From: a virus | Lineage: Duplodnaviria; Caudoviricetes | Reading direction: 5' to 3' (one strand) | IMG/VR virus record: IMGVR_UViG_3300029305_005280 | Length of the DNA: 64,000 nucleotides | Shown: piece after piece, positions 16,684 to 27,728 of the stretch | Numbering within the stretch: the first letter of the stretch is position 1 | Layout: the number at the start of each line of letters is the position of its first letter | The notes under the pieces: generated by a model | Seen by the model: the letters and a program-made list of their open reading frames with translations, nothing else | Databases searched by the model: none | What the model was told of the DNA's origin: nothing | Position numbers and translations under genes: made by a program

Positions 16684-16935
16684 ATGACCATTTTATACCA
16701 TGATGAGCGTACACCCAAAAAGGAATTGTACGATATTGCAGAACAGCTTAGAAAGGTTGTTGGCAAAGAGATTTTAGTGCTACCAAAAAACTTTGATATT
16801 TTACTTGATTGTTCAATTGACCAGTTAATCCAAGTTAGAGCAATGTTGGATGCAACAATACAGCAAAAGATTGAACAAGAATCAGATACACAGAATACAT
16901 GCACTATTACAAAAGATGGTAAATATCTAAACTAA
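16684..16935 (+). CDS. Hypothetical protein
   Basis: AAGGTG SD. Confidence 0.7.
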   Translation: MTILYHDERTPKKELYDIAEQLRKVVGKEILVLPKNFDILLDCSIDQLIQVRAMLDATIQQKIEQESDTQNTCTITKDGKYLN

Positions 16936-17221
16936 TTACAAAGAGATAAGTTAACTGTTTAGTTGATTTATCTCTCTTTTTATTTTATAATAAGTTTAAA
17001 GAAAGAAGGAAGGAGAGTATTTTTAATTACATATTATTTGATGAGGAGTTATAGATATGAAAATTCGTTATGCAGTAGAAATGGAAGTTGAATTACCTGA
17101 TGATTTTACTGACGAAGAAGTGGATTTTAAAGTGGCTCTTCTTGCAGAAGGCAACGAATGTTGTTGGACAAAAGATGAAGATGTTTCGTTGTTTGGATAT
17201 GATGATTAAAAAGTATGTTTA

Positions 17222-17656
17222 ATGTCAACTACAGGATTAAAAATTTCACACAAGATTGAAGCTTTTACAAACTTTGTTACAGAGGCAACATCTATATACA
17301 GATATTGTGTTGAGATGCTTCATAAATGTGAAGGATTTGAATGCGATATACGTCATAAACTTGAATTAAAGCAGTACAAAGACCGAAATGAAAGGGCAAG
17401 ATTGCACACGTTGCTTGAGAATTGTTTCAGAGACAGACGATATTACAAGGACCGTATTGAAGAACTTGAACCTTTCGTGTTGTTATTCGAGGATACTGCA
17501 AAGGAAAAAGAACAAAACACAAGGGCTAACAAGAGCTGTTTAAATGCAATCAAACAATCATTAGGTAATGTGCGTAAAGCAGAAAGTTATCATAAAGAAA
17601 GAACTTATAGACCTCGTGTGTTGAAAGATATGTATGGTGAAACAGATGTTAAATAA
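17222..17656 (+). CDS. Hypothetical coiled-coil phage protein
   Basis: Intact ORF ending RTYRPRVLKDM. Confidence 0.7.
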   Translation: MSTTGLKISHKIEAFTNFVTEATSIYRYCVEMLHKCEGFECDIRHKLELKQYKDRNERARLHTLLENCFRDRRYYKDRIEELEPFVLLFEDTAKEKEQNTRANKSCLNAIKQSLGNVRKAESYHKERTYRPRVLKDMYGETDVK

Positions 17657-18017
17657 AGATATATTTACTAAGATAATTGTGTCTTGTCAAAAACTTGATA
17701 AAGTAATCAAGAATCAAGAAAAGATATTTGAATGTAATATGGAAGATGGGCCACTTTTAAATGCGTGGGAAACTCTAATGAATCTATTGGTGGCTGAGTG
17801 TGAATTTGTTATTGATGATGAAATTGGACCTATTATATATGAATTTGCACTATGCAATAACTGGGGAAATGACTCAAAGAGTTACTACATTGAAGGTAAA
17901 GAATATCTTGTGTATGACGCAGAATCATTGTGGGACTATCTCGATGAAAAACTACAATATGATGTAACACATTTTAAGAAAGAAGAGAGTTGCAATGAAA
18001 CACACAGTTGTTGTTAA
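17646..18017 (+). CDS. Hypothetical protein (likely paralog of 21592..21930)
   Basis: Shared pattern F..II..Q / I....(W/F) / V.(D/T)..(S/R)L(W/Y).Y. Confidence 0.7.
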   Translation: MLNKDIFTKIIVSCQKLDKVIKNQEKIFECNMEDGPLLNAWETLMNLLVAECEFVIDDEIGPIIYEFALCNNWGNDSKSYYIEGKEYLVYDAESLWDYLDEKLQYDVTHFKKEESCNETHSCC

Positions 18018-18549
18018 TTTGGCGGGCCCTCCGGGTGCAGGAAAAAGTACAGGGGCTGCAGAAATTTTTACAATCTTAAAGAAAAATAATATAAATTGTG
18101 AACTTGTTGCAGAATTTGCAAAAGATAAAACATGGGAACATAATAATAAAGCCCTTTCATGTCAGGAATATGTGTTTGGTAAGCAATCGTACAGACTTGC
18201 TAGATGTAGAGATGATGTTGATGTAATTGTTACTGACAGCCCTTTACCTTTATCCATTATCTATAACACTAATCCATGTATTGAGGAATCGTTTCCAGAG
18301 TTGGTAATGGATATTTTTAACACATATGTTAATATGAATTTCTATATCAAACGAGTTAAACCATATAATCCGAAAGGGCGTAATCAAACAGAATCAGAAA
18401 GTGATGCTTTGGGGCCTAAAATCAAAAAATTATATGACACATTGAAGATTCCCTATGAATGTGTCAATGGAGACGATGAGGGATATAGATATATAGCGCA
18501 TCAAGTATTGTCTTTCCTAGAGGAGTTTAGAAATGGACTTAACGGTTAA
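17995..18549 (+). CDS. P-loop nucleotide kinase/ATPase (NadR/AAA_28-like)
   Basis: GPPGAGKST Walker A, EFAK, VTDSPL, GRNQTE. Confidence 0.8.
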   Translation: MKHTVVVNLAGPPGAGKSTGAAEIFTILKKNNINCELVAEFAKDKTWEHNNKALSCQEYVFGKQSYRLARCRDDVDVIVTDSPLPLSIIYNTNPCIEESFPELVMDIFNTYVNMNFYIKRVKPYNPKGRNQTESESDALGPKIKKLYDTLKIPYECVNGDDEGYRYIAHQVLSFLEEFRNGLNG

Positions 18550-18988
18550 GATTGGTAAGCTTGATAGACCTAACTTGAATAATGTGGTTTATAGCAAAGA
18601 ATGCATTCAAAATGTAGAAAAACAAATTTTAGGAAATATAATTCCTGTAAAACTTATTACAAATGATTTTTGGAATCAGACTGTGGCACCTGTTGGAAGT
18701 GCACAACTGGATACCGCATTATATCCCGAACTACATTTTAGTGTCAATATATGTGACCCAGAGGTAAAGAAATCAATTTATGAGTTACAGATGCAAATTT
18801 TAAATGAATATGCTCCTAAACTTATTGTTGACAGAAGCACAATTAAAAGACTTGTTTTTCAGCTTTGTGAAGATATTGAACTAACAAAAAATAACAAAGG
18901 ATTAGTTATGAAAACTCTTTCTTCAAATCTAAAGGGTAAGGCAGATATGAAAATTGTATCTGATGTAGTTAATGGGTTACTGTTATGA
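18533..18988 (+). CDS. Hypothetical protein with a YqeY/GatB-like C-terminus
   Basis: ILNEYAPK...NKGLVMK.LSSNLKGKADMKIVSDVVNGLL. Confidence 0.55.
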   Translation: MDLTVKIGKLDRPNLNNVVYSKECIQNVEKQILGNIIPVKLITNDFWNQTVAPVGSAQLDTALYPELHFSVNICDPEVKKSIYELQMQILNEYAPKLIVDRSTIKRLVFQLCEDIELTKNNKGLVMKTLSSNLKGKADMKIVSDVVNGLLL

Positions 18989-19377
18989 TGTTAGAGCCTT
19001 TAGCAGTAAAACTGCTTGATAAACACTATGAGCTTGAGGATGCTCTAACTCTTGAGGGGAATTCTTTTTCTTTGAGAGTACGTTTAATCTTAAGAAGATT
19101 AAAAGCACACAAGGCAGCTAAAAAACTAGAGTCTTTATATAGGAAGTGATGTTGATGGGCAGCTACAAAGGATTACCAAAGGATACGACTATTGTATTCC
19201 CATCTTTGATAAGAACAGGACATGATATTATTTTAAAGGTTGTTTCTTATAATGAAGAGACAGAGTCATATGAAGTTGCAAGGGTGTATAAAGATAGAAT
19301 CACACCAACAACTGAAAAGTTAACAGTTAAATCAATGGAGGCAAGAAACCCCTTGATTACTCTACCGGGAGGTATCC

Positions 19378-19695
19378 ATGAAGCATAATGAAATGTTGTT
19401 TCAAGAAGCAATAGAATTTATTACACCTTTGCGTCCTATCAAAGTTGTATGGAATGATAAAACAATTATTTACAATGATTATGACAGTGACAATGTGTGC
19501 ACTGTTTTTGAAGACGGTACTAAGGCGTATGGAGAAATTTTCCCTCTTCAAGCTGTTATCTCTCAACGCCTTGGTCAAACTTTGGAAAAGTATGATGTGT
19601 TTGTAAAGAGTTTTAATGTTAAGATTGTTGATTATCATCATACGCTAGTATACTTGTATGGATACAAAAAACGGAGGAAAAAGAAAAATGACTAA
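19378..19695 (+). CDS. Hypothetical protein
   Basis: GGAGGT SD. Confidence 0.7.
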   Translation: MKHNEMLFQEAIEFITPLRPIKVVWNDKTIIYNDYDSDNVCTVFEDGTKAYGEIFPLQAVISQRLGQTLEKYDVFVKSFNVKIVDYHHTLVYLYGYKKRRKKKND

Positions 19696-20521
19696 AGATT
19701 CACTTGGTGACCGTATGAAGCATAACTACGAAAATCGTAGTAAAACATATCTAACGAGAAGAATGCCTGTTATTATTAGATTAGATGGAAAAGCATTTCA
19801 TTCATTCACTCGAGGATTTGAAAGACCTTATGATACTGTATTTCATACTGCAATGAACAATACTTTGCAGTATCTATGCGAGAATATTCAAGGGTGTCGA
19901 TTAGGTTATACACAGTCCGACGAAATAACATTATTATTAACTGATTATGAAAAATTAACAACAGACGCTTGGTTTGATTATGCGGTACAAAAGATGTGCT
20001 CTGTCGCTGCATCTATGGCTACAATGGCCTTTAATAGATATTTTATGGATGCAGTAAATGTTGCTTACAATGAATTTACAAATGGTACTACTGATATTCA
20101 ATCGTTCTACCCTAATATTAAGGATTTTGACAGATTGTTTGATACACGTTTTAGTAGAATCAATACCGCTTGTTTTGATGAACGATGCTTTAATGTTCCT
20201 AAAGAGGAAGTTGCAAATTGTTTTATCTGGAGACAGCAAGATGCAACAAGAAATGCAATTCAAATGCTTGGGCAAACACATTTTTCTGATAAACAACTTG
20301 ATGGTAAATCAAATAGCGAAGTTCAGGATATGTTAATGTTAGAAAAAGGTATCAATTTCAACGATATGGCAACAGAATTCAAACGTGGTGTGTGCTGTTG
20401 TAAAATAGCAAATCCTGAGGAATCAACAACTATCGGTGTTCTGATTAGACCTCAATGGGTAATTGATACTGAAATTCCTATCTTTACTCAAGATAGAAAC
20501 TATATTGAGAGGTTTGTTTAA
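19688..20521 (+). CDS. tRNA(His) guanylyltransferase / Thg1-like 3'-5' polymerase
   Basis: IIRLDGKAFHSFT, YTQSDEI, FD.R.F, WRQQDATRNAI motifs. Confidence 0.92.
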   Translation: MTKDSLGDRMKHNYENRSKTYLTRRMPVIIRLDGKAFHSFTRGFERPYDTVFHTAMNNTLQYLCENIQGCRLGYTQSDEITLLLTDYEKLTTDAWFDYAVQKMCSVAASMATMAFNRYFMDAVNVAYNEFTNGTTDIQSFYPNIKDFDRLFDTRFSRINTACFDERCFNVPKEEVANCFIWRQQDATRNAIQMLGQTHFSDKQLDGKSNSEVQDMLMLEKGINFNDMATEFKRGVCCCKIANPEESTTIGVLIRPQWVIDTEIPIFTQDRNYIERFV

Positions 20522-21316
20522 TTGAAATTATTTGTAGTTAGCGATATACATTCTTTCTATACACCATTGAAAGAATCACTTGATAAAGCAGGGTTTGACC
20601 CCACCAATGAAAATCATTGGTTAATCAGCTGTGGAGACGCATTTGATAGGGGTCCACAAAGTAAAGAAGTTCTTGAATTTTTAATGAGTCTTGAGAGAAA
20701 GGTTCTTGTCAAAGGTAATCATGATATATTACTTAAAGAACTTTGTATGCGTGAATTTCCTTACTCACATGATAAATCAAATGGTACTGTCAAAACTGTG
20801 ATTAGTTTTGGTCACTTTGATGGACGTAATTTTGATGAATGCTGCCGAACAACCTGGAATAAAACTGCAAGATACAGAGAGTTATTAGTAAATTATTTTG
20901 AAACTCAAAATTATATCTTTGTTCATAGCTGGATACCCACTAATGTTAAATATGAAGGAGAAATGAAACCTTGGTATCAACAAGGCAAGACTCTTACTTG
21001 GATGGAAGATTGGCGTAATGCTAATGACGTCGAATGGGAAGAGGCTATGTGGGGTAACCCCTTCAAGAGATGGCAAGAAGGTCTTAATAAAACAGGTAAA
21101 ATAATAGTGTTTGGGCACTGGCACTGTTCTGCGGGGCACGCTATGCTGCACGAAGTAAAGGTATCAGAAAATGAATCAGTAGGTACAATATCTGAATTTG
21201 AAGATGATGCCGTCTGGGACCCTTTTATTCATGATAATATTATTGGTATTGACCGATGCACAGCACACACTGGTGAAGTAAATGTGTTAGTACTGGAGGA
21301 CGATTTTCTTGAGTGA
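20522..21316 (+). CDS. Calcineurin-like metallophosphoesterase
   Basis: SDIH, GDAFDRG, GNHD, FVHS, GHWH, GID motifs. Confidence 0.9.
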   Translation: MKLFVVSDIHSFYTPLKESLDKAGFDPTNENHWLISCGDAFDRGPQSKEVLEFLMSLERKVLVKGNHDILLKELCMREFPYSHDKSNGTVKTVISFGHFDGRNFDECCRTTWNKTARYRELLVNYFETQNYIFVHSWIPTNVKYEGEMKPWYQQGKTLTWMEDWRNANDVEWEEAMWGNPFKRWQEGLNKTGKIIVFGHWHCSAGHAMLHEVKVSENESVGTISEFEDDAVWDPFIHDNIIGIDRCTAHTGEVNVLVLEDDFLE

Positions 21317-21591
21317 AAGTTTAAAACAAGATATATTAAATGCAGCAAGAGATGGCTACCAACCAATAAATGACCCTTCAAAACAAACGGTGGATTGGTC
21401 CAAGCTTCCGACAACAGGAAGTAATGTCACCAAATTACCAAAGACATCAAGTGTTGAGGCATACATTCAATGTTTAGAGAATGAATTAATCAAACAGATT
21501 GCACTCAAGCAGAATGCTGAAAGTCATGCATCAACAATGGAAGCTATTGCAAACAAGTACTATGAATTCTATTTGAAGGAGGTACATCGAA

Positions 21592-21930
21592 ATGCGAAAG
21601 TTACATATTGGAAGAAAGCAATTTGTAAGCATTCTAGAATCAATTCAAAAAGGAATAGAAAAAAGAGACAAATTCAACAATGCAATGGAAGAAATTTCCG
21701 ATAGCTACTTTATATGTGAACTTGGCAATGAGTGGCTAAATGCTTCAATAATTTTACTTGAGAAAGCAGTAAAAGATAAAGCTGAAACAATTAGTTGGTG
21801 GTTATGGGAAGATGTTGAAAAAGTTATATACATACCTCCAGAGCATCCAGATAATCCTTTTGGCAAAGAACTCAAAGTAAAAGTTGACACTCCTGATAGA
21901 TTATATAGTTATTTTCAACGATATACTTAG
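21592..21930 (+). CDS. Hypothetical protein
   Basis: GGAGG SD. Confidence 0.7.
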   Translation: MRKLHIGRKQFVSILESIQKGIEKRDKFNNAMEEISDSYFICELGNEWLNASIILLEKAVKDKAETISWWLWEDVEKVIYIPPEHPDNPFGKELKVKVDTPDRLYSYFQRYT

Positions 21931-22011
21931 ATATAAAAGAAGTCAAAATAAATTAGTTGACTTCTTTTTATTTTTACCATATAATATAGTAAAGAAGGGA
22001 AGGTTGTTTAT

Positions 22012-22359
22012 ATGAATATAAGAAAATTTTTTAAAGTTATTGTATGGGTTGTTACAATTTTGCTGCTTCTGTATATTATAGCAGTGTCAGAAATTGATAC
22101 ACTTATCGGAATTGTCGGAGGAGTTTTGATTGCAATAATTGTTCCTCCAATCATTATGGGTAAGTTTGAAGTTGTTTCAAAACCCAGTAGAGAAAAGAAA
22201 GAAACTAAAAAGCAAAAGACAGTTGTAACGCATCCTACAAGTTGGTGGGTTGATAAAACTTATGTTCCCGGTGTGGGATACAGGGACGATGAAGGTAATT
22301 ATTATGATTACAATGGTATACCAAAACCGTCAACCGTTATTACGAGGGAGAAAAAGTAA
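22012..22359 (+). CDS. Membrane protein (2 TM)
   Basis: Two N-terminal hydrophobic segments; own promoter at 21954. Confidence 0.7.
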   Translation: MNIRKFFKVIVWVVTILLLLYIIAVSEIDTLIGIVGGVLIAIIVPPIIMGKFEVVSKPSREKKETKKQKTVVTHPTSWWVDKTYVPGVGYRDDEGNYYDYNGIPKPSTVITREKK

Positions 22360-22494
22360 TGGATAAAAGAGTATTCAAAAAGACACCTGAAGAATTACAA
22401 CTGTATCTACACTTTAAAAAACGTGGCTTTAAGATTGAAAATAAAAAAGGCAAGGGTTCCTATAAAAGGAACCCTAAACATAAGGGTGATAAGA

Positions 22495-23295
22495 ATGGAC
22501 AAGAAGAGTAGAATAATGGAAAGACTACATCATGATATGATGTATGTTACTAATAAAGGTTACAAAGTACTTGGTGTATTTCTACAAGGTAGTCAAAATT
22601 ACAATCTTGACTATCCGGGTTCTGATATTGATACAAAGTGTATTGTTATTCCTTCATTTGAAGATATTGTTTTAAACAAACAACCTGCAAGTACTACTCT
22701 TATACTTGAGGATAATTCACATATTGATGTTAAAGATGTACGTCTTATGTGGCAGTGCTTCAAGAAACAAAACATTAACTTTCTTGAGATTCTATTTACA
22801 AAATATTATATAGTAAGTAGTAGATATGAATTGTTCTGGAATGATATGAGAGAAATCGCAGAACGTATTGCACACTATAATAACTATGCTGCAGTTAACT
22901 GCATTGCGGGTATGGTTATGGAAAAGAATGCAGCGTTGTGTCACCCATATCCAACATTGAAGGACAAGATTGATAAGTATGGCTATGATAACAAGCAACT
23001 ACATCATATTATTCGATGTGAAGAATTCTTACAGCGATATATTGATGGTGTTCCGTATAAAAAATGTTTAATTCCTTTGTTTCCTGAATACTTAATCAAT
23101 GTTAAATCAACATATATGTATTCACTTGAAGAAGCAAAAGAAATAGCAAGAAAAGCTGTTGAAAATGTTAAAGAAATAAAACAGAAATATATGGACACAC
23201 ATCCTGTAAGCATTGATGACGGCGTTGAAACTACAATGACTGAAATACTTGTTGACATAATGAAAAGGTCTATTGCAGAGGACATCAAAGATTAG
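22495..23295 (+). CDS. Pol-beta superfamily nucleotidyltransferase (RlaP-like)
   Basis: LQGSQNYNLD..GSDIDTK (GS/DxD), KQNINFLEIL, YDNKQLHH. Confidence 0.78.
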   Translation: MDKKSRIMERLHHDMMYVTNKGYKVLGVFLQGSQNYNLDYPGSDIDTKCIVIPSFEDIVLNKQPASTTLILEDNSHIDVKDVRLMWQCFKKQNINFLEILFTKYYIVSSRYELFWNDMREIAERIAHYNNYAAVNCIAGMVMEKNAALCHPYPTLKDKIDKYGYDNKQLHHIIRCEEFLQRYIDGVPYKKCLIPLFPEYLINVKSTYMYSLEEAKEIARKAVENVKEIKQKYMDTHPVSIDDGVETTMTEILVDIMKRSIAEDIKD

Positions 23296-23357
23296 TTGTA
23301 TTTTTAACTAAAGTATATTATAATAAAGTAAAGAAAACTTAATAAAGAGGTGAACTC

Positions 23358-24326
23358 GTGGAAACCTTTGTACCCACAAATTTAAAAATTCCCGAGTTTG
23401 TTATGCTTGTAGGTTTGCCAGGAAGTGGTAAATCATATCTAGCTGATATTCTTTTTGCTAAGAAATACAGCATACATAGCAGTGATGAAATAAGAAAAGA
23501 GTTATCAGGTGACATCAATAATCAAAATATAAATTCACAAGTATTTCAAACTTTACATAGAAGAATAAAAGATGATTTAAAAAATGGTATTAGTTGTGTT
23601 TATGATGCAACTAATATTAACTATAAAAAACGAATGTCATTTCTGCAAGAATTAAACAAGATTCAATGCTTTAAGAGATGTATTATTATTGCAACCCCAT
23701 ATGAAGTTTGTTTAATGCAAAATGAGCAACGGGAACGTAAGGTTCCTGAGCAAGTTATTGAACGCATGTATCGTAATTTTGATGTTCCTTATTATTTTGA
23801 GGGCTGGGACAATATTGAATTATTCTATGCAAAGGATTCATACAAAGAGGCTTATGGTGACTGGTCTTACTTTGTATTTGATACCCTTACATATAATCAG
23901 GATAACAAATATCATATCGAAACACTTGGAGAACATTGTCGTAAGTGTAAAGAATATGTAGAAAATTACAATAATAAAACAACTCTTAAAGGAACGCATA
24001 TTGCTCACGCTCAAAGAGTCGCTGCTGCATTACATGATTGTGGTAAGCCTTTTTGCAAAACATTCGAAGATACAAAAGGTAATATCACTGAAAGTGCACA
24101 TTATTACAATCATGAAAAAGTAGGTAGTTATAACTCTTTATTTTATGAAACTGAAACTCAGTTAACACCGATTAGATTGTATATTGCAGCATTGATACGA
24201 TGGCACATGCAAATGCATTTTATTGATAATCAACCACACGCAAAAGGAAAGTATATAAAGTTATTTGGTGAAGAATTCTACAAAGAGCTGGAGGTATTAC
24301 ATAATGGAGACAAACAAGCACATTAA
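23358..24326 (+). CDS. Polynucleotide kinase (AAA_33) fused to an HD phosphohydrolase
   Basis: GLPGSGKS, SSDEIR, YDATN..R, RKVPEQVI; H...LGEH, ALHDCGKP, YYNHEKVG, WHM. Confidence 0.85.
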   Translation: METFVPTNLKIPEFVMLVGLPGSGKSYLADILFAKKYSIHSSDEIRKELSGDINNQNINSQVFQTLHRRIKDDLKNGISCVYDATNINYKKRMSFLQELNKIQCFKRCIIIATPYEVCLMQNEQRERKVPEQVIERMYRNFDVPYYFEGWDNIELFYAKDSYKEAYGDWSYFVFDTLTYNQDNKYHIETLGEHCRKCKEYVENYNNKTTLKGTHIAHAQRVAAALHDCGKPFCKTFEDTKGNITESAHYYNHEKVGSYNSLFYETETQLTPIRLYIAALIRWHMQMHFIDNQPHAKGKYIKLFGEEFYKELEVLHNGDKQAH

Positions 24327-25156
24327 CATTGATGACGCATTTGACTACAAACAGTATTTACAATCAGCAAGAGACAAGATGCTTTCTGAAGCTTATGAGC
24401 AAGACGATGACTACTTACCAGATGACGATGTATGCGATGTTATTGAATTGTTTAGGGAGTATATGGATTGATGATACATATTTGTGATGAAGCACAAAAT
24501 CATAATGTAATGGTTGTAAAAGAGAATGGTAAATTTAATGTTTACTCAAAATATTACAATCTTTATGATAAACCTAAGATAACAGACCCCGATTGGTATC
24601 TGTCCTTGAGGATAAAAGATATCAAGGTTTGTCCTTATTGTGGTGTAAAATTAAGTTAGTTGAATAATCTCCTTCCTTATATTATAATGTTATTGTAATA
24701 AGGAAGGAGATATTTTTATGATTATTCCTAAAAAGCACAAAAGGTGGCTAACTTTTAAGTGGAATGAAAGTACATATATTATAACTTCTCCTGAAAACGA
24801 TAGAAGTATATATACTTTGTTTAAGCAGATTAGTAACACAGAATATGTACAGCTTGCTACAGGAAATAATTGCAAGAGGCTTGAAGACAAAGTGTATGAA
24901 GGAAAGTATAAGTGAGGTAGAGAGATGTTTATTAGAACATATAACAATAGGTTAATAAATGTTGACAATATTATCAAAGCAGAATTGTGTACAAGCAATA
25001 GAATGCTGAGTGAAAACGCACTTGTTGTTTGTACTACACTTGATAATTATGAAGTATTTCAGGGCACCAGGTATGATTGTGAAAATGCAATGACAACATT
25101 GTGTGAAGCTATTGCGAAAGGTGCTTCTCTAATCTCATATTACAAGGATGATATTG

Positions 25157-25552
25157 ATGAAAATATGGGTTGATGATGTAAGAATTCCACCTTCGGGGTA
25201 TGTTTGGTGTAAAAGTGTTGCGGAAGTCATTAAACTCATAGAGAATATAGATAATTTCAGTGATGAGGTTATGGGTTGCGTACTTTCAGTTCCTGGGTTC
25301 TTTAATGTGCGAGAAGCAGATGGCTATATGCATAACTGGGTTTATTCGTCCTTAAATCCTCCCAAAATTGAACTCATTGATATAGACCATGATGCAGGTG
25401 AATATTCTCAGTATGGTGGGGATTATATAAAAATTCTAGACTGGCTTGAAGAGACCGGTCGTAATTATCCCATTCATATTCATTCAATGAACCCCGTAGG
25501 TGTTGAAAATATGAGAAGAATTATACAAAGAAATGGTTGGAAAGAACTATGA
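25157..25552 (+). CDS. Cyclic-phosphate-processing receiver-domain protein
   Basis: KIWVDDVR, IDIDHDAG, IHIHSMNPVG motifs. Confidence 0.8.
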   Translation: MKIWVDDVRIPPSGYVWCKSVAEVIKLIENIDNFSDEVMGCVLSVPGFFNVREADGYMHNWVYSSLNPPKIELIDIDHDAGEYSQYGGDYIKILDWLEETGRNYPIHIHSMNPVGVENMRRIIQRNGWKEL

Positions 25553-26536
25553 CACAAGAACATAATCCGTATGAACACTGGGTTTCATGTTTAGAATGTA
25601 TTTACATTGACGATTGTGAGATAAAAGAAGACCGTGATGGTTGTTTAGCAGGTGAAAGATATGATGAGAAAACAAGTAATGGCAGATAAACAAGTAGTTG
25701 AGGATTTTCTTGCATTACTTAATTGTAAAGAAGGTTTAATTTCTACTTTAACTGGTCATGTTATTACTTATAAAGAACTTCGGACATCAATCATAAATTG
25801 TCTTAATCAAGCAAGGGAAGATGGATACAATAAAGGCAGTATGGAAGCAAATATAAATGCATCATATTATATAACTATGGGTAGAACATAAGGACCGGTG
25901 ATATTGATGAGAATTCTTGAATATGGTTGGGTATGCCCTAAGCAAGTGAAATGTAATCATTGTGGGTCAATATTAGAGTATGTGCCCAAAGATTTAAAAC
26001 TGTATAACGCTGGATATTATCTACTATGTCCCGTCTGTGATAAAAGGATTTATACAGATAACTATCATAATAAACTTGTTAAAGAGAAATGTGGTTATAT
26101 AAGTGACTGAAAAAGACACAGTAAAAGATTTTGTTGATTTTCTTAAAAAACACCCTGACAGTATTATTTGTACGGGAGAGAATACATACACATACAAAAC
26201 ATTAAGAGATTCAATTGTTAGAACTTTATCAATGGCTTATGGTGATGGTGAAGTAAAAGGGTTCACCACTGCAAGGAGTATAGAACTTTTTGATAAAACA
26301 TTGATTTCAAATAAAGAGGACTGGTAATCTACATGAAGCATTTTATGAGTAATCCTTGTGGTTATCCACACTGTATGGAATGGGAGTGCGAATATTGTAA
26401 TCATTTCAAACCCTATTTCTTTAAGATTAGAGTGCCAAGATGGTTGGGCAGAATTCTATATGAAATTGAAGAGTACCTCTGGTTCAAAGATTACCGAAAG
26501 AAGCATCCTGATGCAGAAAGTAAGAGTGATTTTTAG

Positions 26537-26821
26537 ATGATTGTATGCGCAGCAATTAAAATACAAATGAAAAATTTAGACGAACCCACAATTATACCTT
26601 GTCGTAGACACGGTGATGGTTTTAAAATAATTAAAGATTTAGTTCAAGATAGAGAGGCATATACAGAAATTGCTCAAGGTTTTATTACCGATGAGGGTGA
26701 GTTCTTAAATAGAAGGCAAGCTTTTATTTACGCTTGTCAGTGTGGACAATTAAGTCAAACTACCAAATGGTATAAACAAGACTATAATCAAGATGAACTA
26801 TACTCGGAGGATTTATACTAG
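26537..26821 (+). CDS. Phage hypothetical protein
   Basis: IVCAAI..RH.D..QGFITDEGEFLNR..A..ELYSEDLY pattern recalled from large phages. Confidence 0.7.
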   Translation: MIVCAAIKIQMKNLDEPTIIPCRRHGDGFKIIKDLVQDREAYTEIAQGFITDEGEFLNRRQAFIYACQCGQLSQTTKWYKQDYNQDELYSEDLY

Positions 26822-27082
26822 GATGTTGTATAATGCAGAAGCACTTTCAGAAAGATTAGCTCAACACGCAAAAGACTACAAGCAAGGTAAGACACAAGAC
26901 TTTGAACAAGTATTCAAAGATTGTGAAGTAGCTTCTAATATGATTAAGGCATTGAAAAGAAGTAAGCATACAAAGAAAAGAGAGACTCAAAGGTTAAGAA
27001 GAAAGAATGAAGCACTGCGAGAAAGAATTAATCAGCTAGAATCAATTGAGAATCTTTACCTCAGAGGAGAAACTGTATAAAA

Positions 27083-27529
27083 ATGAAATTTAAAAAACAT
27101 ATTTTTATCTTCCGTCATTGTAGTTCCATAACTGTAAAAAATGGATTTACATATCATAATGAAGGTAACTGGCATTGTATCTACACTGATGAGGATACAA
27201 TAAAGCAAGAATGTTTGAGTAAATCAAAAGAGTATAAAAACTTTATGGATGTTTATAATGATGTATCTGAGTTTTACTGTTTTTATGCAGGAAAAAGATT
27301 TATTGATGGCAAGTTAAGACTCGAAGAGTCCGATGGTTGGGGACAAACTTACAAGATATATCCCGACGATTTCAAGTCAGCAACGAATACATTTGAGTAC
27401 AGGCATTCAGACATGAGTATATTATCTGCTGCTAAAAATTTATCAGCAGATGAGTTCATTGAATATTGTGTTGATAGAGGATTAAAGATTAGTCCCATCA
27501 ATATTCAGGAGTTAGATAATGGAAAATAA
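27083..27529 (+). CDS. Hypothetical protein
   Basis: GAGGAG SD. Confidence 0.7.
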   Translation: MKFKKHIFIFRHCSSITVKNGFTYHNEGNWHCIYTDEDTIKQECLSKSKEYKNFMDVYNDVSEFYCFYAGKRFIDGKLRLEESDGWGQTYKIYPDDFKSATNTFEYRHSDMSILSAAKNLSADEFIEYCVDRGLKISPINIQELDNGK

Positions 27530-27728
27530 ATTTGGTTATTGTCCTTACTGTAATGCAGCACTTGAAGCTATCTGGTTTAAAGAGTATGAATATAAAAGAG
27601 CCTATGTTGATGGTTACTCTTCCATTTATAAAACAGGCTGATTTCGTTTAAATGTAAACTACTTGTATTGTCCTGACTGTGAATATCAAACAACAGTTGA
27701 TGATACATTTGCATTGGAGTGGAGATAG
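27519..27728 (+). pseudogene. Zinc-ribbon protein interrupted by an in-frame TGA
   Basis: AGGAG SD; CPYC...KTG*FR...CPDC; TGA at 27639-27641 in frame. Confidence 0.65.

Noticed and set aside
27639-27641. Genome-wide stop-codon recoding
   Set aside because: TGA and TAG both terminate many well-defined genes (e.g. thyX TGA, Ro60 TAG) with normal coupling, and no suppressor tRNA is seen.
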